Positions 1-7,756 of a stretch of DNA of 32,000 bases are shown one piece after another. Position numbers and translations under genes: made by a program. Every line of letters begins with the position of its first letter. Within the stretch, counting starts at the first letter, position 1. This DNA is from Patescibacteria group bacterium. Lineage in GTDB: Bacteria; Patescibacteriota; UBA1384; XYA2-FULL-43-10. The stretch spans positions 60,001 to 92,000 of the forward strand of contig JBAYVT010000005.1 of the NCBI GenBank assembly GCA_041674405.1, read 5' to 3'. The notes below the pieces were generated by a model. The model ran no database searches. It was given only the letters and a program-made list of their open reading frames with translations, and was not told the DNA's origin.

Positions 1-584
1 GGCATCACCTCAACGAGAGAAAAAGAAGTTTGTCGCAGAGCTTTGGCATTAAATGGCGATTGCCTGACAAGCCGATGCACACCGCCTTCACCTTTTAGCT
101 TTCCGTATACATAAGAGCCATCAATTTCCAATGTTGCGCTTTTTATTCCAGCAATACCACCTCTGGATTCATCGATGATCTTTACATCATACCCATTAGA
201 CTCCGCCCACCTAATATACATCCGCATGAGCATTTCCGTCCAATCTTGGGCATCGTCTCCTCCAGCTCCGGCATAGAAATTTAGTATAGCTGAGTGGTCA
301 TCATATTTGCCCGAAAAGAGTGCAAGGAGCTCCAATTTTTCAATTTCAGGAATCAGGGAATTCAGTTCGTTTTCGTCCGCTATTTCAGCCAATTCAGATA
401 ATTCATCAAATTTTTCGGCCAGCTCTTTAAGATCTTTAAGCTCTCTTGCTTTCTCGTTTGACAAATTCTCGTCTGCCCAAAAAGAAGGAGAGCTCATTTC
501 TTCTTCGATTTGTTTAATTCTATCCTTTTTTTCTCCGATATGAAGCAAGGTCTCCAAATCGAATAATCGTTTTTTTGCACCCAT
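1..584 (-). CDS. prfB: Peptide chain release factor 2, N-terminal part (truncated by window edge)
   Basis: Minus-strand translation [36 protein letters not shown]...[84 protein letters not shown] matches the RF2 pattern (AQDW, GVHRLVR). Confidence 0.93.
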   Translation of the reverse strand, partial: MGAKKRLFDLETLLHIGEKKDRIKQIEEEMSSPSFWADENLSNEKARELKDLKELAEKFDELSELAEIADENELNSLIPEIEKLELLALFSGKYDDHSAILNFYAGAGGDDAQDWTEMLMRMYIRWAESNGYDVKIIDESRGGIAGIKSATLEIDGSYVYGKLKGEGGVHRLVRQSPFNAKALRQTSFSLVEVM

Positions 585-617
585 AAGTTCATATTACCAG
601 ATTCTTGTTTTTCCGAG

Positions 618-659
618 AATAAGAAAACCAGCCCATTGTATCGGGCTGGTTTTCTTATT
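618..659 (-). terminator. Intrinsic terminator downstream of the LPKTG surface protein gene
   Basis: Inverted repeat aataagaaaaccagccc / gggctggttttcttatt (17 bp) with an 8-nt loop and U-rich 3' arm. Confidence 0.85.
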
Positions 660-662
660 TAT

Positions 663-2684
663 TTAATTCACACTTTTTCTGGAGGCCTTAGTGAGTAATT
701 TTTTTTGCTTGAGATAAGTCAAGTTTACTCCCGCAAACAAAGATCCAAGAAGGCTCAAAACCCCACCGGCTGCAGCGCCGGTCTTGGGAAGAGGGGTGCT
801 TGCTGGCACAACTTTGGTCAAAATCACGGTTTGGGCAGTCGAAGAAATAGTATTTCCGCCCATAGACAAATATCCCGTATTTATCAGTTGTTCCCCAGCG
901 GCAATATTTGCAGAAGTGATCACCCTGAATCTTACATAGCCTGATTGTCCAGGAGCTAAGGTGTTGATGATAAATCCCTTGGTGACATCTTCAGAAATTA
1001 CATGTTCAGTGCCATCCAAGTTAATTATCGCAGGAACCGAAGTATCCAGGGCAACATTGGCTGGAAGGACATCGGAAATCTTCACCTGGTCAGCTGGCCC
1101 ATCTCCAGTGTTTGCAAAATCAATTTTGTATTCCAGCATGTCTCCAGGAAAGGCTGTATTTGATTTGGAAAATTCCAATTCATTGCTGGTGATATTTCTA
1201 ACAACTTTATTGATCGACAAGACAGGCTCTCTGTGTGGTCTTAGAATTATAATCGTGATTGTATTTCCATACTCGTTAAATAATTTATCATCGAAATGAA
1301 AACCATTTTGCGGGTTATCAGGCAATGGGTCCATCACCTTAACCGTAAATTTCCTAACCACATTTTGCCCCGGATCAATTCGAACTTCCGGCCAAATTAC
1401 TTCTTTGGAATTATTACCTTCCTCTGGATTATCTTTGACAATACCCCCATTACTTATACTGACAATGTTTGATTCCTCTAACACATCGCCGATACCATCC
1501 GAAACCACAAAGTTAGTAGCAATGGTTCCGGTGTTTTTGGTGTTCAAGGTATAAATAATAACATCGCCAGGCCTGGCAGGAGTAGATGTCGCATCAACTT
1601 TCAAAGTATCATTATAAGCAGACTTTGAACGATGAATATTAACAACTCCGGCTTTCAAGTCAACAATGGCTTCATCGTTAACGTTAATATTACCTGAAAT
1701 TGCATAGGCAACATTCGTTACAGATTTTGCAACCAATATGTAAGAAGGCGCTTTTGCACGAAATTTAATCACCGCGCCATTTTCCGCGCCAACCTTAAGG
1801 CTGCCAATACTTACTCCACTAGCAAAAAATCCGGCTGCGTCAAGATTGGTTGTGCTGTCCTCTTTGGTCATCGTAAGGGAATTATCCACATAGGTTAAAT
1901 CCGAAGGCAGGCCATCAGAAGCTGTAACTTCCTCAAGCGTTGATTCTCCAGGATTGGTAATATTTATTTTGTATTCCACTGACTCGTTTTGATCTACAGA
2001 TGTGCGCTCGACAAAACTAGTCTCATTCTTCGAAATGTTCCTTACCGCTTTCTCAATATGCAGATTACCCGGATTCACTTTTGCAGTTGTTTTAAACTGG
2101 AACATTACAAAACCGGCAAATTCCCAACAACCATTGATATCTCCGATATTCAAGCCAGACGAAGATAGAAGTTCTGATCCGTCTTGCCCAAAAGGAAGCG
2201 GAGTTGGATTGTTTATATCAGGATTGCTTGCCTGATTTGGAAACCACTTAACAGAACCAGGAACCAGTTTAAGCGTTGCATTTTGATCAAGATTAACAGT
2301 CAACGTATCAGAAACTGCAGCTACGCTATCAGCTGAAATTGTGGCGGACAAAACAGCTGTTTTGTTGGTGGTCTGTGCAGGCATGGATACCTTAATGGTT
2401 GTATTTTCAGCGGTAGTATTGACCTGGCCATTGTGATAATAAATTAAACCATCTATCACATCACCAGCCTGCCCGTCTACAGGATCACGCCAATCATCAT
2501 CCTGTGTATCACGAGTTGAATTAAAACCCCTAAAAAGCTCCTGATCACCCGGCAGGAAATTAAACCTCGGGCCATCGGCATTGATTCCGATTGCAGGTGA
2601 AATAACTTGAGAAATCAAAAGCGCTGCGGCGGCTACGCCTAAAACATACTTTAATTTCTTTTTAATTTGTGAAAACCATTTCAT
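663..2684 (-). CDS. Secreted cell-surface protein with repeated DUF11/CARDB-like domains and C-terminal LPXTG-type sorting signal
   Basis: 673 aa ORF; N-terminal hydrophobic segment; repeats such as NPGESTLEEVTASDGLPSDL, NTGTIATNFVVSDGIGD, NTGDGPADQVKISDVLPANV; C-terminus LPKTGAAAGGVLSLLGSLFAGVNLTYLKQKKLLTKASRK (LPKTG, hydrophobic stretch, basic tail). Confidence 0.85.
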   Translation of the reverse strand: MKWFSQIKKKLKYVLGVAAAALLISQVISPAIGINADGPRFNFLPGDQELFRGFNSTRDTQDDDWRDPVDGQAGDVIDGLIYYHNGQVNTTAENTTIKVSMPAQTTNKTAVLSATISADSVAAVSDTLTVNLDQNATLKLVPGSVKWFPNQASNPDINNPTPLPFGQDGSELLSSSGLNIGDINGCWEFAGFVMFQFKTTAKVNPGNLHIEKAVRNISKNETSFVERTSVDQNESVEYKINITNPGESTLEEVTASDGLPSDLTYVDNSLTMTKEDSTTNLDAAGFFASGVSIGSLKVGAENGAVIKFRAKAPSYILVAKSVTNVAYAISGNINVNDEAIVDLKAGVVNIHRSKSAYNDTLKVDATSTPARPGDVIIYTLNTKNTGTIATNFVVSDGIGDVLEESNIVSISNGGIVKDNPEEGNNSKEVIWPEVRIDPGQNVVRKFTVKVMDPLPDNPQNGFHFDDKLFNEYGNTITIIILRPHREPVLSINKVVRNITSNELEFSKSNTAFPGDMLEYKIDFANTGDGPADQVKISDVLPANVALDTSVPAIINLDGTEHVISEDVTKGFIINTLAPGQSGYVRFRVITSANIAAGEQLINTGYLSMGGNTISSTAQTVILTKVVPASTPLPKTGAAAGGVLSLLGSLFAGVNLTYLKQKKLLTKASRKSVN

Positions 2685-2738
2685 TTTTTATCCTTTTTTA
2701 GCCCTCCGCGAACACATTATTTTATTTCTAATAAATAC

Positions 2739-4262
2739 TTAAAAAGTTGGTGCAGGAATCGGCATAAGCCTTAGAATCGAACGCGCAATGTCGGAAATTT
2801 CCGCTACATTATCCCCCTTTACAAAAGCAGTATTGGTAAGGGTGTAATCTCCGATCGGCGGGCAACCAACAATAATCCCTGATAACTTGATGATCTTACT
2901 CTGGCCCGGATTCATATTACCCAAGCTAATTCCGCCGGCGAAAGTGATTCCATCTGGAACTGAAATACCATTAACCGTCGTGGAACCGGGGACATAATTT
3001 ACATAAAGCGGAAAGATGTCTCTAGCTTTAACGTTAGTTACAGCCGCATTTCCGGTCGCAGTAACAACGATTTTATAAGTGATCTTTTCTCCCAATTTCA
3101 CATTATTTTGTTCAACCCAGGTTGATCCGCTTAATACGGTTTTCTGAATTGTTAATCCAGATGTTGTCGAAACAATCACTCTTGCTGTGCTCTGGCCCTT
3201 AAACACTCCGGCCATAAAAAGCTTCGCTAAGTTGTCGAGGGTTAGCGTCCCTGCGGGAACTGTCGAATCAACTTTCACTTTGTATATAACCCTGATTGAC
3301 CCAGCGTCGAGAGGCGCGATATTCGGCAGATTAACCCCGGTAGAAAAAATCGTATCTGGCAGCTTTACTCCGGCTGGATGTGAAGCATCGAAATAAAAGG
3401 TTGTGCCTGTTTCATACTTCATATGAAGAGGTAATACATCTTTAACTGAAACATTGTTCGCAGTTACATTTCCACTATTTTCAACTTCCAACTTATATTC
3501 AACTACTTCTCCTGGATTCGCGGTAATCTCTTTGTGCCAGACATTTTCATTCAAGTGCTTAACATTCTTATCAATTGAAAGAGCTGTGTTGCCTTTGATT
3601 TTTCCGACAAATGTTACAAACCCCGCAAACTCCCAGCATCCATTTATATTTCCTATATTTACGCCATTTGCGCTGGTAATTCCATCAGGCAATGATTGTC
3701 CGGGTTGGCCAACATGAGTGGCTTGTTCGGGAAACAATTTAGTTGAACCGGGCACATATTCGATTATTCCACTTGACGGAAGATTAATTGTCTGTCCCGA
3801 TATGCCTTTGACTGCGCCATTGATTATAGTGTCATAGATTGGGGCAGTTTCATCTGACCACAGAGCGCTTGTCTCTTTTAGCGCATTTGACTCGCCTGTC
3901 GGCAGTGAAACGCGAATACGTACATTGTGGGCTGTCGAATTTAACATTCCATTGTGGTAATAGACCAAAAATGCAACTTCATCACCGATATTGGCATCGA
4001 TCGGGTCAGCCCAATCATTGCCCGAAGAAACAACAGATGCACGAAGCATCTCCTGGTCGCCAGGTAAGAAATTAAATCTTGGTGTTTGGCTTGTGTTATT
4101 TGATTCGGCAACTTTGGCATTTGAAGAAACCAAAGACAGCGAAATCAAACTTACAACAGCCAAAATAACGCCAATTGTTCTTTTGGTTTTTGAAATTCTT
4201 GTTTTTGATTTGTCCTTAACTCCGTGAAACAATTTCTCTCTCATTTTTTGAAAGAATGACAT
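2739..4262 (-). CDS. Secreted paralog of the adjacent surface protein, DUF11-like repeats, no sorting motif
   Basis: Tool ORF 2739..4292; likely start at the internal ATG (4262) preceded by aaggag. Shares PRFNFLPGDQE, YYHNG and NIGNINGCWEFAGFV with the 663..2684 product. Ends ...LRLMPIPAPTF without LPXTG or TM tail. Confidence 0.82.
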   Translation of the reverse strand: MSFFQKMREKLFHGVKDKSKTRISKTKRTIGVILAVVSLISLSLVSSNAKVAESNNTSQTPRFNFLPGDQEMLRASVVSSGNDWADPIDANIGDEVAFLVYYHNGMLNSTAHNVRIRVSLPTGESNALKETSALWSDETAPIYDTIINGAVKGISGQTINLPSSGIIEYVPGSTKLFPEQATHVGQPGQSLPDGITSANGVNIGNINGCWEFAGFVTFVGKIKGNTALSIDKNVKHLNENVWHKEITANPGEVVEYKLEVENSGNVTANNVSVKDVLPLHMKYETGTTFYFDASHPAGVKLPDTIFSTGVNLPNIAPLDAGSIRVIYKVKVDSTVPAGTLTLDNLAKLFMAGVFKGQSTARVIVSTTSGLTIQKTVLSGSTWVEQNNVKLGEKITYKIVVTATGNAAVTNVKARDIFPLYVNYVPGSTTVNGISVPDGITFAGGISLGNMNPGQSKIIKLSGIIVGCPPIGDYTLTNTAFVKGDNVAEISDIARSILRLMPIPAPTF

Positions 4263-4397
4263 GTTTCTCCTTACTAGGCTTAAGAATTTCAATTTATTAC
4301 TCGCACAAAACCATACTAAATTCTTGAGCTAATGTCAATGTGTTTTTTCACTTTTTTCACCTTACCAAACATTCAAAATTTAAATGCTTGGTCGGTG

Positions 4398-4420
4398 GCC
4401 CTGGCGCATAGCGCCAGGGC
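4398..4420. repeat. Perfect GC-rich hairpin gccctggcgc-ata-gcgccagggc
   Basis: 10-bp perfect arms, 3-nt loop, near left edge of the GC-rich segment. Confidence 0.85.
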
Positions 4421-4435
4421 ACCGGTTTAGTTGTA

Positions 4436-4461
4436 CCACACCGCCCGCTAGGGCGGTGTGG
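4436..4461. repeat. Perfect GC-rich hairpin ccacaccgccc-gcta-gggcggtgtgg overlapping the 3' end of the GC-rich secreted gene
   Basis: 11-bp perfect arms, 4-nt loop; overlaps stop codon at 4448-4450. Confidence 0.85.
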
Positions 4462-5113
4462 GCGTGGGCACGGGGATCGGATCCCCGCAGGTCCCCGGCA
4501 CCTTCTCCTCCTTGTTCGCCATCCCGGCGAATAGGGTGAGAAGCGTCTCGGTACAGCCTTCGATCACCCGAGCCATGCCCACCGGGCAATCCGGGAGAGG
4601 CTGGCTGGGGCTGATCCCCGCAGGAGCGACCCACTCCCGAGCCGGCGCGTACACGACGTACGGTACCGGGTAGGGCTTGGGGATCTCTACGACCACCGGG
4701 TAGGGTACCTTGACCTCAACCCGCTCAGGACACGCCAGTTTGCACGCTGGCGGTACCGGAGTGCATGGGATGAAGAAGCGGCCCCTAGCTAGGTTACCGC
4801 ACCGCACCATACGGGTAATCGTGTACCAGCGCCCCTGTACCCCGTCCTTGCAGCCCATCTCTGCAGGTACTGCGTAGACAGTTTCTGTGGGGATCAGGTA
4901 CCCGGGAACGAAGCGACCTTCGGACTCAAACCAGACCTCGGCGTCGACATACTGATTGAGCCGGTAGGCCTCCTGGCCGTTGATCGCCGGGCAGTGCCGC
5001 CCGATCGGGTACGTGTTCGTGATCTTCTCCGAGAGGTTGATGCCCGAGGCAAACGCTGCCCCGACCATGACCATCAAGAGAAGGGTGAGGATCAGCGTCA
5101 GCTTACCCCTCAT
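4448..5113 (-). CDS. Secreted protein of unknown function with proline-rich tail (GC-rich island gene B)
   Basis: Tool ORF 4448..5122; preferred start is the ATG at 5113 preceded by aggaggtgag. Signal-peptide-like N-terminus, multiple Cys, PYPVVVEIPKPYPVPYVVYAP repeat, C-terminus PIPVPTPTPP. Confidence 0.75.
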   Translation of the reverse strand: MRGKLTLILTLLLMVMVGAAFASGINLSEKITNTYPIGRHCPAINGQEAYRLNQYVDAEVWFESEGRFVPGYLIPTETVYAVPAEMGCKDGVQGRWYTITRMVRCGNLARGRFFIPCTPVPPACKLACPERVEVKVPYPVVVEIPKPYPVPYVVYAPAREWVAPAGISPSQPLPDCPVGMARVIEGCTETLLTLFAGMANKEEKVPGTCGDPIPVPTPTPP

Positions 5114-6395
5114 GGATCTCACCTCCTGTGAGAATCAGCACTTTGACTTTCCCGTCGAGCGGGTACGTCCAGGTGCGAGTGTCCGGAGATGTGGACAGCG
5201 CGAAATGCGTATAGCCACGCGCTGCCTCACACGTGAACCAGGACTCTCCCTTGTCTCTCGCCGCGACCGTAAACGGTGCGTTGGGAGCGATCCAGCGGCC
5301 ATCTTGCTGAACCCACAGGAAGAGTGTCGCCGATGTCTCGCCGGACTGCTCGTCCAGCGCCACGACGAAGGTGGAGTCGGTATGCGCCTCGCGGAGGCGC
5401 TCGGCCTGAGACTTTACCGGCGGTGCCGAGGTAGTGACAGGCGTGGTCGTAGTGGAAGGCTGAACGGAAGCAGGGGGCGGATCCACAGGAGAAGCTTGCT
5501 GCTGCTCCTGCATCTTCCGTAGCACCGCTTCCGCCGCTTCCGCCCGCTCACGCTCTGCCTGAGCCTGGGCCTTAGCGGCTGCGGCCTCGGCTTGCGCCGC
5601 GGCAACTGCCGGATCAGGCCCGTTCTGCCGAGGCATGAACGGAGGTGCGAACCCCTGTGCAGCGCGCGCTGTAGCAGTCGAGATCTCCTGGTAGTCAGCT
5701 GGCTTGCAGGCCAGCATTATACTAGAGGAGAACATACTGTAGACACGCGACCGGTAGACCGGCCACAGGGCCTTGGGAAGGTCCTTTTCGCACTGCACGC
5801 CGCACTGCCCGTTGAGGAAAGAGACGATGTCGGCGTTTACGTTCTGTACGTTGAACGCTATGGCCGACTGGTCGGTCCTCATGACATGGTCAGCGTGCCT
5901 GATGAAGAAGAACCTGTAGTCCCTTCGGGACTGATCGTGGCGAACCTCTGACACGAGGAAGTAGCGGCCAGGACCGAGCCGATTGAGATCAACCCAGAGC
6001 CGGTTATCCTCCGCAGAAACACACAGCCCGTCCAGTCCCTCAACTTCGACCCGGGTTCCCTTCAGGTGGCAGTCCTCAATCCCGAATACCCTCAGGTCCA
6101 CCGACATGCAGCAGGTCTCTTCGGTGATCTTGTATGGCCTAGGATACCCCTCCGAACAGTCCTCGGAGACCGGAGCCGTGAAGGTCTGGCCCAGAGCCCA
6201 GCCGTTCACCGTGCCACCTTCCTTGTTGCTGAAAGTGACAATTGCGGTGGGCGAACTGATGACCGTGGTTCCCTTGACCGTGATCAAAGGGATACCAAAC
6301 CCACCGAAGATCGTGGTCTCGTCGGCCGAAGCCGGCGCGAGACAGACCGCCAGAATGGCAGCCAGAACCAGCAGTACGACGAATCTAGTGCGCAT
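5103..6395 (-). CDS. Secreted protein of unknown function: Cys-containing N-terminal domain, Ala/Gln/Glu coiled coil, Pro/Thr linker, C-terminal domain (GC-rich island gene A)
   Basis: 430 aa ORF, strong SD aaggagg upstream of ATG; signal peptide MRTRFVVLLVLAAILAVCLAPASA; AAAQAEAAAAKAQAQAERERAEAAEAVLRKMQEQQQ helix; PSTTTTPVTTSAPP linker. Confidence 0.78.
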   Translation of the reverse strand: MRTRFVVLLVLAAILAVCLAPASADETTIFGGFGIPLITVKGTTVISSPTAIVTFSNKEGGTVNGWALGQTFTAPVSEDCSEGYPRPYKITEETCCMSVDLRVFGIEDCHLKGTRVEVEGLDGLCVSAEDNRLWVDLNRLGPGRYFLVSEVRHDQSRRDYRFFFIRHADHVMRTDQSAIAFNVQNVNADIVSFLNGQCGVQCEKDLPKALWPVYRSRVYSMFSSSIMLACKPADYQEISTATARAAQGFAPPFMPRQNGPDPAVAAAQAEAAAAKAQAQAERERAEAAEAVLRKMQEQQQASPVDPPPASVQPSTTTTPVTTSAPPVKSQAERLREAHTDSTFVVALDEQSGETSATLFLWVQQDGRWIAPNAPFTVAARDKGESWFTCEAARGYTHFALSTSPDTRTWTYPLDGKVKVLILTGGEIHEG

Positions 6396-6472
6396 GGTTA
6401 TGCGCCTCCTTGTGAGTCCCCTTAGCGGGGTTAGTGTCCCCGCAGGGGGATTTTGTATTCATCTATATCAAA

Positions 6473-6502
6473 GTGCCACCTCGCTCGCTGCGCAGGTGGC
6501 AC
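6473..6502. repeat. Inverted repeat gtgccacct ... aggtggcac at right edge of the GC-rich segment
   Basis: 9-bp perfect arms, 12-nt loop. Confidence 0.7.
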
Positions 6503-6620
6503 AGTGAACGAGGTCAATCTCCGCCAAAACCGTAGTCTTGGCAAGAGGCGAATGATTTAAAAGTCATCACGCCTTCTGCCAAAAAAGTTCTTCAATTATT
6601 TTTGACCTTTCCAACCTCGG

Positions 6621-6821
6621 CTCGACCATCGGACGAGACGGGTGATTTTCGAATTATCTTCACAGATCCAGCCAGGAATAAGGCGAGAAACGATCAAGGT
6701 ATTAGCCAGACCAGGTTCGCATTTTTTAAGGAACCATCAATGTCAGCTATAGAGCTTGCCGCCCATAAGGCCCCTTATTCCCAGCCAGACCCGTAAAAAC
6801 AATCTCTCAACTTCGGTCGAG
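6621..6821 (-). ncRNA. Candidate structured noncoding RNA (class not recognised)
   Basis: Three nested perfect complementary pairs: 6621-6627/6815-6821 (ctcgacc/ggtcgag), 6638-6643/6789-6794 (acgggt/acccgt), 6675-6683/6773-6781 (ggaataagg/ccttattcc), plus inner hairpin 6714-6718/6731-6735 (ggttc/gaacc). No convincing CDS. Strand is uncertain; minus suggested by the surrounding genes. Confidence 0.4.
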
Positions 6822-6871
6822 ATAAATCTCCGCTTCAGTCGATGTAAACAATTTCTCAATTCCCTTGGAAT

Positions 6872-6901
6872 AAAAAACGGAATGGAAATCTCTTTCCATC
6901 C
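6872..6901 (-). terminator. Intrinsic terminator downstream of the glucose-6-phosphate isomerase gene
   Basis: Minus strand GGATGGAAA-GAGA-TTTCCATTCC followed by G and TTTTTT. Confidence 0.7.
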
Positions 6902-6919
6902 CTCACTTTCACGAGAATT

Positions 6920-6948
6920 ACTTTAGCACAATTATCGAATCTTGTCAA
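6920..6948 (-). promoter_or_regulatory. Candidate sigma70-type promoter
   Basis: Minus strand TTGACA, 17-nt spacer, TAAAGT, pointing toward the noncoding region. Confidence 0.45.
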
Positions 6949-6970
6949 TATCTGACTCTACTATTTCGCA

Positions 6971-7756
6971 TTATTCGAACAAATTAGCTACAGACAGATC
7001 GGATAAATATTTCTCTGGATTTCTCAAAAAATCAACCCGAGACAGATCGGTAACATAATCATATGCCGGATTATCAAGATAAGGCCCAATAATTTTGGGG
7101 GCTGATTTCAGATTTTTAACCGGCAGGAGTTCTCCGTATCTTGGATTTTTGACAATTTTCTTTTCACCAAATTTATCTAAAATATAATATGCAGCTCCCT
7201 GTTTATTTTCAAATTCAGAATAATCAGAATCGAAACCATTACAAACCCAGTTTGCCATTACAAGAGTGCGATTTCCGGCGTTGATTGTGGCGTGTCCATA
7301 TCCTGGGGGTATAACGATTGAGTTTCCCTCTTCAACTTGGCAGATAATCACATCGGTCACAATGCCGTTCTCTAAATTTTGCACAAGACATGTTGCGACG
7401 CCAGACGCTACATAATATAATTCCGGATATTGAAAATTTGTACCCTGCTTGTTTGGGTGATAATGCCCTATGGTTTTTATATATTCATCTCCAATTTTGG
7501 CTGGCGGCACAACGGTAAGATCAAATCTCAAATTGGAATTTGAAATTTTCTCGGCATCAGCCATTTTTTTTACGCCTCGGTACATTAAATATGAAGAATT
7601 GTCAGAGAGTGGAACGTCCTGATTGGCAGCAACTGGGCGAAGGTCGGAAAATTTTCTCTCACTGACTTTTTCCACGTCGACAGCGGCACCAAAAGACAGC
7701 CTGCCGTTTTCTTCAAGCAGAGCAGAAAAGCCGATTTTGTCCGTAAGATTAGTCAT
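6971..7756 (-). CDS. Glucose-6-phosphate isomerase, cupin (archaeal-type) family
   Basis: 261 aa; KTIGHYHPNKQGTNFQYPELYYVASGVATCLVQ and VIIPPGYGHATINAG are typical of the cupin PGI family. Confidence 0.82.
   Translation of the reverse strand: MTNLTDKIGFSALLEENGRLSFGAAVDVEKVSERKFSDLRPVAANQDVPLSDNSSYLMYRGVKKMADAEKISNSNLRFDLTVVPPAKIGDEYIKTIGHYHPNKQGTNFQYPELYYVASGVATCLVQNLENGIVTDVIICQVEEGNSIVIPPGYGHATINAGNRTLVMANWVCNGFDSDYSEFENKQGAAYYILDKFGEKKIVKNPRYGELLPVKNLKSAPKIIGPYLDNPAYDYVTDLSRVDFLRNPEKYLSDLSVANLFE

Noticed and set aside
2739-2800. A hidden LPXTG signal for the second surface paralog
   Set aside because: The frame ends cleanly at MPIPAPTF-stop and the 54-nt gap to the next gene cannot hold a sorting tail.
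4380-4634. Minus ORF 4380..4634 (84 aa)
   Set aside because: Alternate-frame overlap with the 3' end of the 4448..5113 gene; no start signal; sequence consistent with a shadow frame.
4980-6507. Plus-strand ORFs 4980..5522, 5592..5951, 5983..6507 and 6066..6425 in the GC-rich segment
   Set aside because: They run antisense to two ORFs with signal peptides and strong SDs; long spurious ORFs are expected in GC-rich DNA, and the translations are low-complexity Arg/Ser/Pro-rich without domain signatures.
6602-6796. Plus ORF of 64 aa in the noncoding region
   Set aside because: No SD, no recognisable motif, and it coincides with the nested complementary segments, which explain the sequence better.
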